A DNA stretch of 29,543 nucleotides from Abditibacteriaceae bacterium (GCA_031425655.1 JANPJS010000100.1:1-29543); one strand, 5' to 3'; positions 16,747-26,023 are shown, counted from the stretch's first letter. Made by a program: numbers and translations. The notes: generated by a model not told the origin, from the sequence alone.

Positions 16747-18759
16747 ATGGATGCTTCGTTTCTGCTCGGCTCGAATCCTGTTCTCACGCGCGAGTTGCGC
16801 GTTTTGCTGCGTAACGCGCGCACTTTTGCGCTGCTGGCGATTTACGTCGCCCTTTTAGGCACGGTTGTCATGGCGCAGTTTCCCGCCGGGGACAACCTTC
16901 ATGTTGACGATAAAGGGCGCTCCGACATGGGACGCCCGCTGTTCTATACGTTTTTCGCGGCGCAAGTCGTGATGGTTTTGGTGATGGTGCCGGGCTTGGC
17001 CGCCGGCGCCTTAGCCCAAGAACGCGAACGGCGCACGCTGGAACCGCTGCTGCTCACGCCGATGACGCCGCTTGGCATCGTGTGGGGCAAAGCGGCGGGC
17101 GTTTTGGCCTTAGCCGGGCTGCTTTTGCTGTCCACGCTGCCGATAACGTCACTTTGCTTCGTCTTAGGCGGCGTTTCGCCCGGCGAGTTGATTTCCGCTT
17201 ACGCTTTTCTCTTAGGCATGGCGCTTTTCACGACGGCGCTCGGACTTTATTGCGCCGCCAAATATCCCAGCACCACGCAGGCGACGCTGCTTTGCTACGC
17301 GCAACTGCCGATTTTGCTGGCGATGATTTTCATCTTCGCCGCGCCGGGAATGCTCATCACCGGCATATTGATTTTCGTGTGGGCGTTTTATCGCATGGCG
17401 CTTTGGTGGAAAGGGTTGGGCGGGGCGCGCGTGCCCAAGCGACTCGGCCAATGGGTCTGGCGCCTATTATTAATCATCACACAAGTGCTGCTGGCTGTCG
17501 GGCTGATGGCGCTCATGCTGGCCAATTACGAAATCGGCATCGCCATCGTGGGCGTGGTGTTTTTGGCGTCGTATCTGGTGGCCGTCGCGTATTATATTTT
17601 GCGCGAAGCGGCGCGTGAAATCGCGCAGAAACCGACCACGAGCGGGCCGATGCGCGAACGCATTCAGGACTTTAAGGAAGAATGGCAGCGTGCGGTCACG
17701 ACGCCAACCGACGGCTACGTGCCGGCTCCAACCGGGCCATATTCGTATTCGCCCATCGCGCCGAATCAGCGCGATCCTTTCGCGGCTTTAGCCTACGATC
17801 AAATGCCCGACGCGCCGCTGCCGGGAATGCCGCGCCCGGCGCCGCGCCCCGATGTGCCGATTGCGACAATGGCGTCGGGGCGCGCGAAAGCGACGGCGAC
17901 TTATGGCATCGAACCATTTCTTTCCGACTCGCTGAATCCGATTTACGCCAAAGAAATGCGCACCGGACTTTTAGGCAAAGCGCGTTATTTCGTGCGATTC
18001 GGTTACGCCGCCATAATTATCAGCGAGTTGATGGTGCTGTTCATGGTGTGGCAGGGCAACTCGTCGCTGCAAATCTGGAATTTCGCCAATAGCTGGGGCA
18101 CAGCGCACCTTTTGCTGCTGATGACGGCGGGCGCGTGGTTCGGCGCCCGCGCCTTAGCGCCCGAACGCGAGCAGCAAACGCTGCCGCAACTGCTGACCAT
18201 TCCCCTGCCCGCCTCGGCCATTATCGGCGGCAAAATGATGGCGGTAATGACTTACACGCTTTACGTTTATTTAATGGCCTTGCCGCTGATGCTGTTGCTC
18301 CCGGCCATCGGCGAAGTGCCGTGGGGCGCTACGATTACGTTTTTAGAACTCGAACTTGTCTTCGGCGCGTTCGCGGCGGCGTGGGGTTTATATTGCTCGA
18401 TTCAAGCCGTCACAGTGCGGCGCGCTTTGAGTTGGGCACTGGGCGGAATGTTGGTTTTGATGCTCGGCGGGCCGATTATCACCAATCTCGTGCTGACCGG
18501 AATCGGCCCCGGTTTCGGGCCACAAGACCCAATTTTCCAGATGACACGGATTGCCAACGACCTTGTGCTGCCGCTTTCGGCGCTGGGCACCGGGCTGGGG
18601 CATTTTTTCCCCGCGCAGGTGTCGCCGCGTTATATCGGTTTCAACTCGGACGCAGCGTTGCTTATGACGCTCTGCACGCTGGCAATCTACGCCTTCGCCA
18701 CCTTCGTGCTGCTTTACGCGACTTCGTGCGCCTTCAAACGCTATGCTCAAACGAATTAG
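16747..18759 (+). CDS. ABC-2 type transporter permease with two tandem membrane domains
   Basis: NPVLTRELR..AQERERRTLEPLLLTP..GK is repeated as NPIYAKEMR..APEREQQTLPQLLTIP..GK; many TM helices. Start moved to ATG 16747, outside the palindrome. Confidence 0.85.
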   Translation: MDASFLLGSNPVLTRELRVLLRNARTFALLAIYVALLGTVVMAQFPAGDNLHVDDKGRSDMGRPLFYTFFAAQVVMVLVMVPGLAAGALAQERERRTLEPLLLTPMTPLGIVWGKAAGVLALAGLLLLSTLPITSLCFVLGGVSPGELISAYAFLLGMALFTTALGLYCAAKYPSTTQATLLCYAQLPILLAMIFIFAAPGMLITGILIFVWAFYRMALWWKGLGGARVPKRLGQWVWRLLLIITQVLLAVGLMALMLANYEIGIAIVGVVFLASYLVAVAYYILREAAREIAQKPTTSGPMRERIQDFKEEWQRAVTTPTDGYVPAPTGPYSYSPIAPNQRDPFAALAYDQMPDAPLPGMPRPAPRPDVPIATMASGRAKATATYGIEPFLSDSLNPIYAKEMRTGLLGKARYFVRFGYAAIIISELMVLFMVWQGNSSLQIWNFANSWGTAHLLLLMTAGAWFGARALAPEREQQTLPQLLTIPLPASAIIGGKMMAVMTYTLYVYLMALPLMLLLPAIGEVPWGATITFLELELVFGAFAAAWGLYCSIQAVTVRRALSWALGGMLVLMLGGPIITNLVLTGIGPGFGPQDPIFQMTRIANDLVLPLSALGTGLGHFFPAQVSPRYIGFNSDAALLMTLCTLAIYAFATFVLLYATSCAFKRYAQTN

Positions 18760-18785
18760 GCGCGTTGGGTAAGAAAACCTAAAAG

Positions 18786-18936
18786 GCAGTCTGAAAAGTG
18801 GCGGCGACTCCCTTCCCCTTTGCCGTATCAAGGGGAAGGGCTGGCGGGCGCTCTCTGGGCAGGGGGGTTCGGCTTTTCCAGAACCCCACCCTAACCCTCC
18901 CCTTAAACGGCAAGGGGAGGGGATTTTTCAGACTGC
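18786..18936. repeat. Composite REP/BIME-like element with 12-bp terminal inverted repeats
   Basis: GCAGTCTGAAAA/TTTTCAGACTGC ends; CCCTTCCCCTT..AAGGGGAAGGG and CCCTAACCCTCCCCTT..AAGGGGAGGG hairpins; nested CGGGCGCTCTCTGGGCA. Confidence 0.75.
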
Positions 18937-18960
18937 TTCACAAGGCGTTTTCGGATATTC

Positions 18961-21900
18961 ATGGCGCGCTTCTTCAGAAAATCGCAAACGCAACGCGCGC
19001 CCGGCACTTCGACGGGTGGCGCATGGCGTCAGGGGCCGCTGTGGGGCGTGGTTGTCGGCTGTCTGACCGGGCTGGCCACCATTTTGATGACAGCGCACCA
19101 TCCTTTAGGCGCGCGTTTGCAATATGACACGTTGGATTTCTGGTTTCGCCTGCGCGACCCGGCCCTGCCGCGCGATGTGGCGATTTTGGCCGTGGACGAC
19201 GAAACCGTGCAGCGCTGGCGCGGACGCGACTTCGATGCGCCGGAAATAGCGCGCTTGCTGCGTTTGCTGAAAAACTACCGCGTGCGCGCGACGGCTTTGG
19301 CATTTCCCGATTTAGCCACGATGCCGCAAAACGCGGGCGGACAAAAATCGCTGGCCCGCGCTCTGAAAAATACCGGCATCGGCCACTTGCCGATGCGCTT
19401 CCGTGACCCCAAAAGCCCGTTTTTGATGAAGGGCGGCGGCGTCCACGTTTTCGGAGTCGGTGCGCCGGGCGATGTCTTGAATTTGTCGCCGGCGCTGTCG
19501 GAATTTCGTGGCCTGCGTCTCGACCGGCCCGGCGAAGCTCTGCTGAGCCACGCGGCGGGCGCCGGATTTCTCAATTTTTCACTCGACCCAGACGGACGGG
19601 TGCGCGAAATTCCCCTGCTTTTGCCGCACGGTGCGCGCTTTTATCCTTCGCTGCCGCTTTCCGTATTGCTCGGTTCGGGGCGCGGCATGGCGCGCCGCGC
19701 GGTGCGCTTCACCGATTTCAGCCGCCATTTGGTGCCGCCCGAACACGCCGAATTATTGTTAGTCGGGCCGCGCGAAATTCCGGCCCGCGCCGGCGCGCTG
19801 CTCTTGAACTTTCCAACCGGCTCCGATGCGCCCTTCGACGGCGATGCGCGCCACGACCAAATGGCGACTTCGCCTTCGCCTTTTCACACGATTTCCGTCG
19901 CCGCCGCTTTGGATAACCCGCGTTTGCTGTCGCCGCTGAAAGGCAAAGCGGTCGTCGTCGGACTGACGGCGTCGGGGCACGCGCCGCTGTTTCAAGGCCC
20001 CGGCACACGCCGTCTCAGCGCTGTGGAAATCTACGCGACCGCTTTGGACAATATGCTGACCGGGCGCGCTCTGCGCCGGGCGCCGGCGTGGCTGATCTGG
20101 GTGCTGACCCTTGTGCCCTGCGGACTGATCGGCGGCTTTGTTTCGTCGCGTCGTCCGGCGTGGAGCGGCACCATTACCGTCACTTCGCTGGCCGCGTTGG
20201 CCTTGATGTCGCTGGGCTTATTTTCGCGCAACATCTGGCTCGACATCACGGCGCCGTGGCTGGGCGGCGCTTTGGCTTATCTCATCGGCGTCATCGGGCG
20301 AGCGCGCCGCCATGAACGGGAAAGCACGCGCGTGGCTTCGACCATCGAAGCGGTTTCGCAGGTTAGCGAAGTCATCGCGGCGCAGACTCAAACCACCGAA
20401 CTTTTGACGCGCGTATTGGACTGGGCCATGCATCTGCTCGATTCCAGCAGCGCGGCGGCGCTTCTGCTCGACGACAATCAAACCGAGTTGCATTTCGTGG
20501 CCGCAGGCGGGCCAAAAAGCAACGAGGTGATGCCTTTTACGGTAAAAATCGGTGAAGGCATCGCCGGATGGGTGGCGCAAACGGGCCGCACGGCCATCGT
20601 CAACGACGTGGCGCACGACACACGTTTCAAGCGCGACATTGACCAGGAAACCGATTTTCACACGCAATCGGTGCTGTGCGTGCCGCTGCGTGTGCGCGAC
20701 AAAATTTTAGGCGTGGTTGAAGTCCTCAATCGCGCCGACGGCCAGCCGTATACCGCCGCCGACGCCGAGCTTTTGCTGGCCGTAGCGAATCAGGCCGCGG
20801 TGGTGCTGGAAAACGCGCGCCTTTACGAAATGCTGAACCTGCGCGTCGAAGAATCGGAAAGCGCCCTGCAACGCACCAATCGGCGTTTGGAAACCGAACG
20901 CAATCTGTTCAGCACGATTTTGCAAAGCATGACCGGCGGCGTGATCGTGACCGACGCCGAAGGCATGGTGCAACTGGTCAATCCGGCAGCGCGGCGCCTT
21001 TTGCCCGACCTTGCCGGCTGGGACGATCAAGCTCCCGCGCGCCAGATCAGCCAACTGGTGCCCGATTATTTTTTGGCCGAACCCGGCGCGAATTTTCCTC
21101 CGGCGCCTTCGGAACTGCGGCGCGGCGACCCCGACGCACCGCGCTTAATCGCCGCGCAAGCCGCGCCTCTGCACGCGACATCCGATGCGCGCGAAGCACC
21201 CGCCGGCTGGATCGTGGTGCTTGACGACGTGACCGAAGCGCGTCAAATGGATCGCGCCAAAAGCGATTTCGTGTCGTTCGTGGCGCACGAAATGCGCTCG
21301 CCTTTGACCAGCATCGCCGGCTTCGCTTCGATGCTGCAACGCAACGAAAACTTGGGCAATACGGCTTCGCGTTCGCGCTTTTTGGGCATCATACACGGCG
21401 AATCCGAGCGCCTGACGCGCCTTATCAACAGCCTGCTCGACGTGGCGCGCATCGAAGCAGGGCGGCCTATCGAACTCAATTTGGAGAAGCTCGATATTCT
21501 TGATGTCGCCCAAGCCGCTTGCGAAGCGCAACGCGCTTATTCGAGCCGGCACAACATCGTGTGCGCGGTGCCGCCGGGCCTGCCGCTGCTGCTCGCCGAC
21601 CGCGACAAGCTCACGCAGATTCTGATAAATCTCATCGGCAACGCCTTGAAATACGCGCCGGGCGGCAACGTGACGGTCAGCGCGCGGCGCGCCGGAGAGT
21701 TCCTCGAAATCAGCGTGCGCGACGAAGGCCCCGGCATCGCGCCCGAACAGCGCCGCATCCTTTTCGAGCGTTTCGGACGCACGCCTTCGCGCCAGCCGGT
21801 AACGGGCACGGGGGCGCAGGCGAAACCGACGGGCACAGGACTCGGCCTGTTTCTCACCAAGCATTTGGTTGAAACGCACGGCGGCACGATTCGCGTCGGC

Positions 21901-21993
21901 AGCGGCGCCGGTGGCGGCGCCGTTTTCACCTTCACGCTGCCGATTGCCGAAATCGAATCTGAGCCGCCTATTGTTTTGCCGGAATCATTGTGA
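18961..21993 (+). CDS. Sensor histidine kinase, CHASE2-TM-GAF-PAS-HisKA-HATPase
   Basis: CHASE2 (VAILAVDDET, DPDGRVR, VEIYATALDNML), GAF (GEGIAGWVAQTG, SVLCVPL), H-box VAHEMRSPLTSI, N-box NLIGNALKY, DEGPGI, GTGLGL. Confidence 0.93.
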   Translation: MARFFRKSQTQRAPGTSTGGAWRQGPLWGVVVGCLTGLATILMTAHHPLGARLQYDTLDFWFRLRDPALPRDVAILAVDDETVQRWRGRDFDAPEIARLLRLLKNYRVRATALAFPDLATMPQNAGGQKSLARALKNTGIGHLPMRFRDPKSPFLMKGGGVHVFGVGAPGDVLNLSPALSEFRGLRLDRPGEALLSHAAGAGFLNFSLDPDGRVREIPLLLPHGARFYPSLPLSVLLGSGRGMARRAVRFTDFSRHLVPPEHAELLLVGPREIPARAGALLLNFPTGSDAPFDGDARHDQMATSPSPFHTISVAAALDNPRLLSPLKGKAVVVGLTASGHAPLFQGPGTRRLSAVEIYATALDNMLTGRALRRAPAWLIWVLTLVPCGLIGGFVSSRRPAWSGTITVTSLAALALMSLGLFSRNIWLDITAPWLGGALAYLIGVIGRARRHERESTRVASTIEAVSQVSEVIAAQTQTTELLTRVLDWAMHLLDSSSAAALLLDDNQTELHFVAAGGPKSNEVMPFTVKIGEGIAGWVAQTGRTAIVNDVAHDTRFKRDIDQETDFHTQSVLCVPLRVRDKILGVVEVLNRADGQPYTAADAELLLAVANQAAVVLENARLYEMLNLRVEESESALQRTNRRLETERNLFSTILQSMTGGVIVTDAEGMVQLVNPAARRLLPDLAGWDDQAPARQISQLVPDYFLAEPGANFPPAPSELRRGDPDAPRLIAAQAAPLHATSDAREAPAGWIVVLDDVTEARQMDRAKSDFVSFVAHEMRSPLTSIAGFASMLQRNENLGNTASRSRFLGIIHGESERLTRLINSLLDVARIEAGRPIELNLEKLDILDVAQAACEAQRAYSSRHNIVCAVPPGLPLLLADRDKLTQILINLIGNALKYAPGGNVTVSARRAGEFLEISVRDEGPGIAPEQRRILFERFGRTPSRQPVTGTGAQAKPTGTGLGLFLTKHLVETHGGTIRVGSGAGGGAVFTFTLPIAEIESEPPIVLPESL

Positions 21994-22016
21994 TTTCAGG
22001 TTCATCAAGCCAAGAC

Positions 22017-22137
22017 TTGTAATGGAACACGGAGCTTCGCTTCGCGGAAACGACACCGATTTTCACAGGTTTTCCGTGAATTGATCCGTGAAAATCGGTG
22101 TCGTTTCCGCGAAGCGAAGCTCCGTGTTTCACTACAA
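22017..22137. repeat. Long palindrome with perfect 41-bp arms
   Basis: 22026..22066 is the exact reverse complement of 22088..22128, with imperfect outer extension. Confidence 0.92.
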
Positions 22138-22300
22138 AGCGACTCAACTCAGGATTAATGACTATTCTCAACCTGCTTCTAAGAATGGTTTGAAAGTAAG
22201 CATTCAGCTCGCCACAACTCCGCCGAAGCTTGGCGCGACGGTTTGCGCGAGGCACACAGGTTCACCATACAGATTTGCGGCTTTCATCTATGATTTTTGT

Positions 22301-22348
22301 ATTACGCCGCAAAATCCCGATAATTTGCGGCATAATTCAGAGTTGGGC
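22301..22348 (+). other. attI-like primary recombination site
   Basis: GCATAATTCAGA-GTTGGGC. Its core GTTGGGCCG is complementary to the CGGCCCAAC that opens the next attC, and no attC body precedes it. Upstream imperfect palindrome ATTACGCCGCAAA/TTTGCGGCATAAT. Confidence 0.55.
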
Positions 22349-22515
22349 CGCTGCGCCCGCGTGATGCTTTGGAGCAAGGTTGTTCGGTCGCTGATATTTG
22401 GTGGCGTGAAGCCAGAGTTGGCGGCGTCGGGTCGTGGGGTGCTGTGACTTAGTCGCTCTGGCGCAGCGTTCTGGGTTTCGGGTGGCGCGGCTTGGCGGGG
22501 TCAATCTCGACATCG

Positions 22516-22630
22516 GCCCAACAAGGCGCTGCACCCGACCGCCCGCAGTTTGGCTGATTCTCATTTTTGGTCGCGCTGCGCCAAACTTGGTCGCAATTCG
22601 GCGGGCGGCGGGTGAGCTTGGTCGTTCTGT
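22516..22630 (+). repeat. attC site 1 (115 bp, long variant)
   Basis: GCCCAAC-AAGGCGCTGCACCCGACCGCC...GGCGGCGGGTGAGCTTGGTC-GTTCTGT; imperfect palindrome with R''/L''/L'/R' layout. Confidence 0.9.
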
Positions 22631-22696
22631 CGCTTGCGCGCGGCGTTGCTGTAAGCGATACTGTGGGCGCTGTTCAAAATCAGGATTGAGGTTGAG

Positions 22697-24577
22697 ATGA
22701 AAACCAAAACAGTAGCTAACGCCCCCATCTGCCTTTCATTCTTACTTGCTCTTGCCAGCTATCCTTTTATCGGCCAAAGTCATGCGGACGAGGTATTGCC
22801 TCGTAAGCGCGGCTTTGTCGTAACACCTTTATCCTATAAGCTTCGTGAGCAGAATGTTGGCGCAACGATTCGATTCGCGTCCGATAATTCAATTCGACGA
22901 GATATTGCTGTTGCTCCCTCAGCCTATCGTCTGGCTGAGATGACTGGATACCTAATCGTTCTGCGTAAGCCCACAGCCGCCTCTGATGTGCCAGCCTATC
23001 AAAAGGTGCGCGCAGAGTTTATTAAAAGCGGCTACATTGCATCGCCAAGGCGATTTGATCGCACGTCTGAATTCCTAATTCCGCGCGCTTTCTTGGGCAG
23101 TCCTGACGAACTGGATACGTTCCTTGATGGCTTAGCCACAGAAGAGATTATTGAATATCTCTTTGATTGGGAAGACAACGAGTCCGGGAGCGCCGTTGTT
23201 GCCTCGGAAAATAATACTTTAAGGGAGCGAGAACGTAGCGCCAACGAAACATTGACATTTGTTAATGATCAACGCACCAAGTATCAAGCAGAGAATGAAG
23301 AACTCCAACGGCATATTACACGGGTTCAAGCTGAAATCCAAATCTTGAATCAGCGTCTGAGCGGACAGAATTTTTTGGCTCTTCGGTCAAACAGAACAAG
23401 ACTTTCAACTGTTTTAAACACACCTGAAACCCCGGCGCGCAAAGTGAAACCCAATCCAGAAAAGGATTTTTTCGTTCCTGTCATCCAATCAAACATGACT
23501 TCAATTGCCGAGAAGCCATATGATGGCCCACAGGTTAGCCAAAAGTATCTTCAGCCGGAACTGGTTGAAGCATTGGATTCGTTTACTGAACAAGAGAGTG
23601 AAACACTTCGAGAGCTTGGTCTATCTCCCTTCACATTAGCCAGCGGCGCGCGATCACCTTTGCAGCAGGCTGGTCTTAGTAATCCCGTTGCGTCGGGAAT
23701 GTTCTCTTCTGGTCACGTTTACGGTGTGGCTACGGATATTTCCATGCAAGGCGGCACTTCCATTGATCTTAAGCCTTACTACCATATAAAAGCGGGCACA
23801 GGAATCCCCGTTGCGCGTCCCCAAGACCTTCAAGCCCTTGATGTGCCGAACCCCCGGTTTTCCAGAAACCCTAAAATCGCTGCACAGCAAAGGGCAGCAC
23901 TCGCACAATATCGGCAAAACCGCAACGCCTACAAAAATGAATACAAGCGTCGGTCTGACAACTGGAAGAAGCTTGGACAGGCGATGGCACGGCACGGCTT
24001 AATGTTGCGATTGCCTTTTGACCCTAATCACGTTGATTTAGCCAAGTTTCGTCAGGACAAGAAATACGCAAATGGCATCCGTGTCAAAATGCTTTCTGGC
24101 TACTATAACGCGATGCAGAGTGAGCGCGAGGCTCAACTTCTGATAAAAGAAAAACTGAAAGGCGAACAGCGCGATCTCAACACCCGAATCCAAAGGCTTG
24201 ATCAACAAATCAGCGCCGCACAAAATTTGTTGAATGCCGCCAAAGCAGAAAAGGCGCGCCTTGATGCAGAGAATACCAAAGCGCATCGAGAATTGGATTT
24301 GATCCGAAAGGCCGTTGCTTCCCAGCAAGCCGCGAAAGAACGTTCCAATGGACGCCAGCGCGAGATATGGCGAGAAGTATCACGAGAGCGGGAACAGCCA
24401 GGTAAGGAGCGATACTGGGAGCGTTACAGCAGAGAAGAAATTCACAGCCGAGAAGCAGATCGTGATTGTTTGGAAGTTCGTGAATCCCGCCAGAATAGTC
24501 GTGGAGAATGGAGAAATTCAATATCAATCGAATGTCGCCCATCAGCGAGTGAACGTGGGATGTCGCGTCTTCCCTAA
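22697..24577 (+). CDS. Secreted coiled-coil protein with an M15 (Hedgehog/DD-peptidase fold) zinc peptidase-like domain
   Basis: GAGG RBS; signal peptide (..SFLLALASYPFIGQSHA); SGARSPLQQ, SGHVYGVATD (H-x6-D) and DPNH motifs flanked by two coiled coils. Confidence 0.7.
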   Translation: MKTKTVANAPICLSFLLALASYPFIGQSHADEVLPRKRGFVVTPLSYKLREQNVGATIRFASDNSIRRDIAVAPSAYRLAEMTGYLIVLRKPTAASDVPAYQKVRAEFIKSGYIASPRRFDRTSEFLIPRAFLGSPDELDTFLDGLATEEIIEYLFDWEDNESGSAVVASENNTLRERERSANETLTFVNDQRTKYQAENEELQRHITRVQAEIQILNQRLSGQNFLALRSNRTRLSTVLNTPETPARKVKPNPEKDFFVPVIQSNMTSIAEKPYDGPQVSQKYLQPELVEALDSFTEQESETLRELGLSPFTLASGARSPLQQAGLSNPVASGMFSSGHVYGVATDISMQGGTSIDLKPYYHIKAGTGIPVARPQDLQALDVPNPRFSRNPKIAAQQRAALAQYRQNRNAYKNEYKRRSDNWKKLGQAMARHGLMLRLPFDPNHVDLAKFRQDKKYANGIRVKMLSGYYNAMQSEREAQLLIKEKLKGEQRDLNTRIQRLDQQISAAQNLLNAAKAEKARLDAENTKAHRELDLIRKAVASQQAAKERSNGRQREIWREVSREREQPGKERYWERYSREEIHSREADRDCLEVRESRQNSRGEWRNSISIECRPSASERGMSRLP

Positions 24578-24606
24578 GTGCAATCTGTGATTACCGCGAG
24601 GCTACT

Positions 24607-25275
24607 ATGAACTACATTTCTCGTTTAGTGACTTTGGCACTTCTGTTTAGCATCAGCCTGTATGGGCAAGGCTCCTGCATTGCTCAACCATCAAACGCGC
24701 TCACAGGAGTGCCGGTCGGTTTTGTTATGGCGTTCCCTGGCGAAGAACAGGCTCTCTCTCCACAAAAGGCGACATGGATGATCTGCGATGGCAGGTCGTT
24801 GGTCATTCGACAATATCCGTCGCTCTTTCGCTGCATCGGTTGGACATATGGGTTGGGTAAAGACCCTCAGGGGCGCACTACATTCAACTTGCCTGATTAT
24901 CGTGGCTACTTCCTGCGTGGTGCTTCCGAGGACACTGATCGAGACCCCGATAAGAATGAACGAAAAGAGCATTTCACCGGGCAACAGGTCGGCAATTTAG
25001 TAGGCTCGAAACAAGATGACACGCTGCAAAGCCATAAGCACGACGATAAAGGGCATACGCATCCGACGGATGCTACAAACGCCAGAGGCGAAGTCCAATC
25101 TGACAACTCTGATGAGAGAGCGGCTCCACCCAGTCCACCACAATCCATTCCTCAAGTTGGCAAGGCTGATTTAACTGATCCAACCGATTCAGGTTCAGGC
25201 GCAGGGAAGCCTCGGCACGGCAAAGAAACCAGACCCAAAAACATTTATGTGCATTGGGTTATCAAGGTGAAGTAA
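24607..25275 (+). CDS. Phage tail-collar domain protein with N-terminal signal peptide
   Basis: PVGFVMAF..WMICDGRSL..YPSLFRCIGWTYG..FNLPDYRGYFLRG, GSKQ.D..QSH.H..H.H, ETRPKNIYVHWVIK. Confidence 0.9.
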   Translation: MNYISRLVTLALLFSISLYGQGSCIAQPSNALTGVPVGFVMAFPGEEQALSPQKATWMICDGRSLVIRQYPSLFRCIGWTYGLGKDPQGRTTFNLPDYRGYFLRGASEDTDRDPDKNERKEHFTGQQVGNLVGSKQDDTLQSHKHDDKGHTHPTDATNARGEVQSDNSDERAAPPSPPQSIPQVGKADLTDPTDSGSGAGKPRHGKETRPKNIYVHWVIKVK

Positions 25276-25350
25276 ATGTTAATTTTGCAACCAGCAAATA
25301 TAGACCTTGCAAAAATCCAAGAGAAAGCAAGTAAAACTGATTAACAAGCG

Positions 25351-25444
25351 ACAGAACAAGGCGCTGCACCCGACCGCCTACAGCTTCGCTCCCTCGTTCC
25401 TCGGTCACTGCGCTTCCGGCGGCGGGTGAGCTTAGTCGTTGGGC
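25351..25444 (+). repeat. attC site 2 (94 bp)
   Basis: ACAGAAC...GTTGGGC; CAAGCGACAGAAC is the complement of the cassette start GTTCTGTCGCTTG. Confidence 0.93.
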
Positions 25445-25484
25445 GGCGGCGCGCAGCTTTGTTGTAAACTCACAATATCAAGAA

Positions 25485-25817
25485 ATGCAAAATCGAAACA
25501 ACAATCTCGATACTTCACCCCACTTGTCCAAGCGCGAGAAAATTTCTCAGTCGTTAAGCTCAACTTCAGTGGTATTGTTTCTTCTGGGGCCGCTAATTTT
25601 CGGCGCTACTTGGTTTATAGCAAATCAGAAAGGTAATGTTCATGTGGCAAGCAATTGGCAAATCGGCCTTCAACTGGCGCTATTCTTTCCCGTCTGCGCC
25701 TTTCTGTTTGCGGTTGCCTCGCTTATAAAACCCAATATACAAGCAATTTTAATCATTATCGCAAGTATCATATTTGATTTTATGGCCCTCGTGTATGTCG
25801 CTCGCATCACAGACTAA
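25485..25817 (+). CDS. Cassette-encoded hypothetical membrane protein (3 TM)
   Basis: Single ORF filling a 481-bp cassette; stop codon 15 nt before attC 3; three hydrophobic segments. Confidence 0.75.
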   Translation: MQNRNNNLDTSPHLSKREKISQSLSSTSVVLFLLGPLIFGATWFIANQKGNVHVASNWQIGLQLALFFPVCAFLFAVASLIKPNIQAILIIIASIIFDFMALVYVARITD

Positions 25818-25832
25818 AAGTCACCAACCGCC

Positions 25833-25925
25833 GCCCAACAAGGCGCTGCACCCGACCGCCTACAGCTTCGCTCGTCGTTCCTCGGTCGCTGCGCTTCCGG
25901 CGGCGGGTGAGCTTGGTCGTTAGGC
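25833..25925 (+). repeat. attC site 3 (93 bp)
   Basis: GCCCAAC...GTTAGGC; near-identical to attC 2 and attC 4. Confidence 0.93.
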
Positions 25926-25961
25926 CGGTGCGCGATATGTTGCTGCGTGCCGTTCCATCAT

Positions 25962-25992
25962 GTTCATCTTGATGAACGCGATGTGTTACAAT
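25962..25992 (+). promoter_or_regulatory. Cassette-internal extended -10 promoter with operator-like palindrome
   Basis: GTTCATC-TT-GATGAAC (25962..25977) and TGT-TACAAT (25984..25992), ahead of the AAGGAGGTG RBS. Confidence 0.55.
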
Positions 25993-26023
25993 TATGGGGA
26001 ATTTCGTAGAAAAGGAGGTGAAT

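Noticed and set aside
21968..22700. ORFs 21968..22255, 22088..22447, 22337..22564 and 22434..22700 as an integrase remnant or cassette genes
   Set aside because: They run through the palindrome, attI-like site or attC and show no tyrosine-recombinase motifs.
24607..25275. Prophage or tailocin region
   Set aside because: Only one tail-collar gene, with a signal peptide and inside a cassette; no other phage genes.
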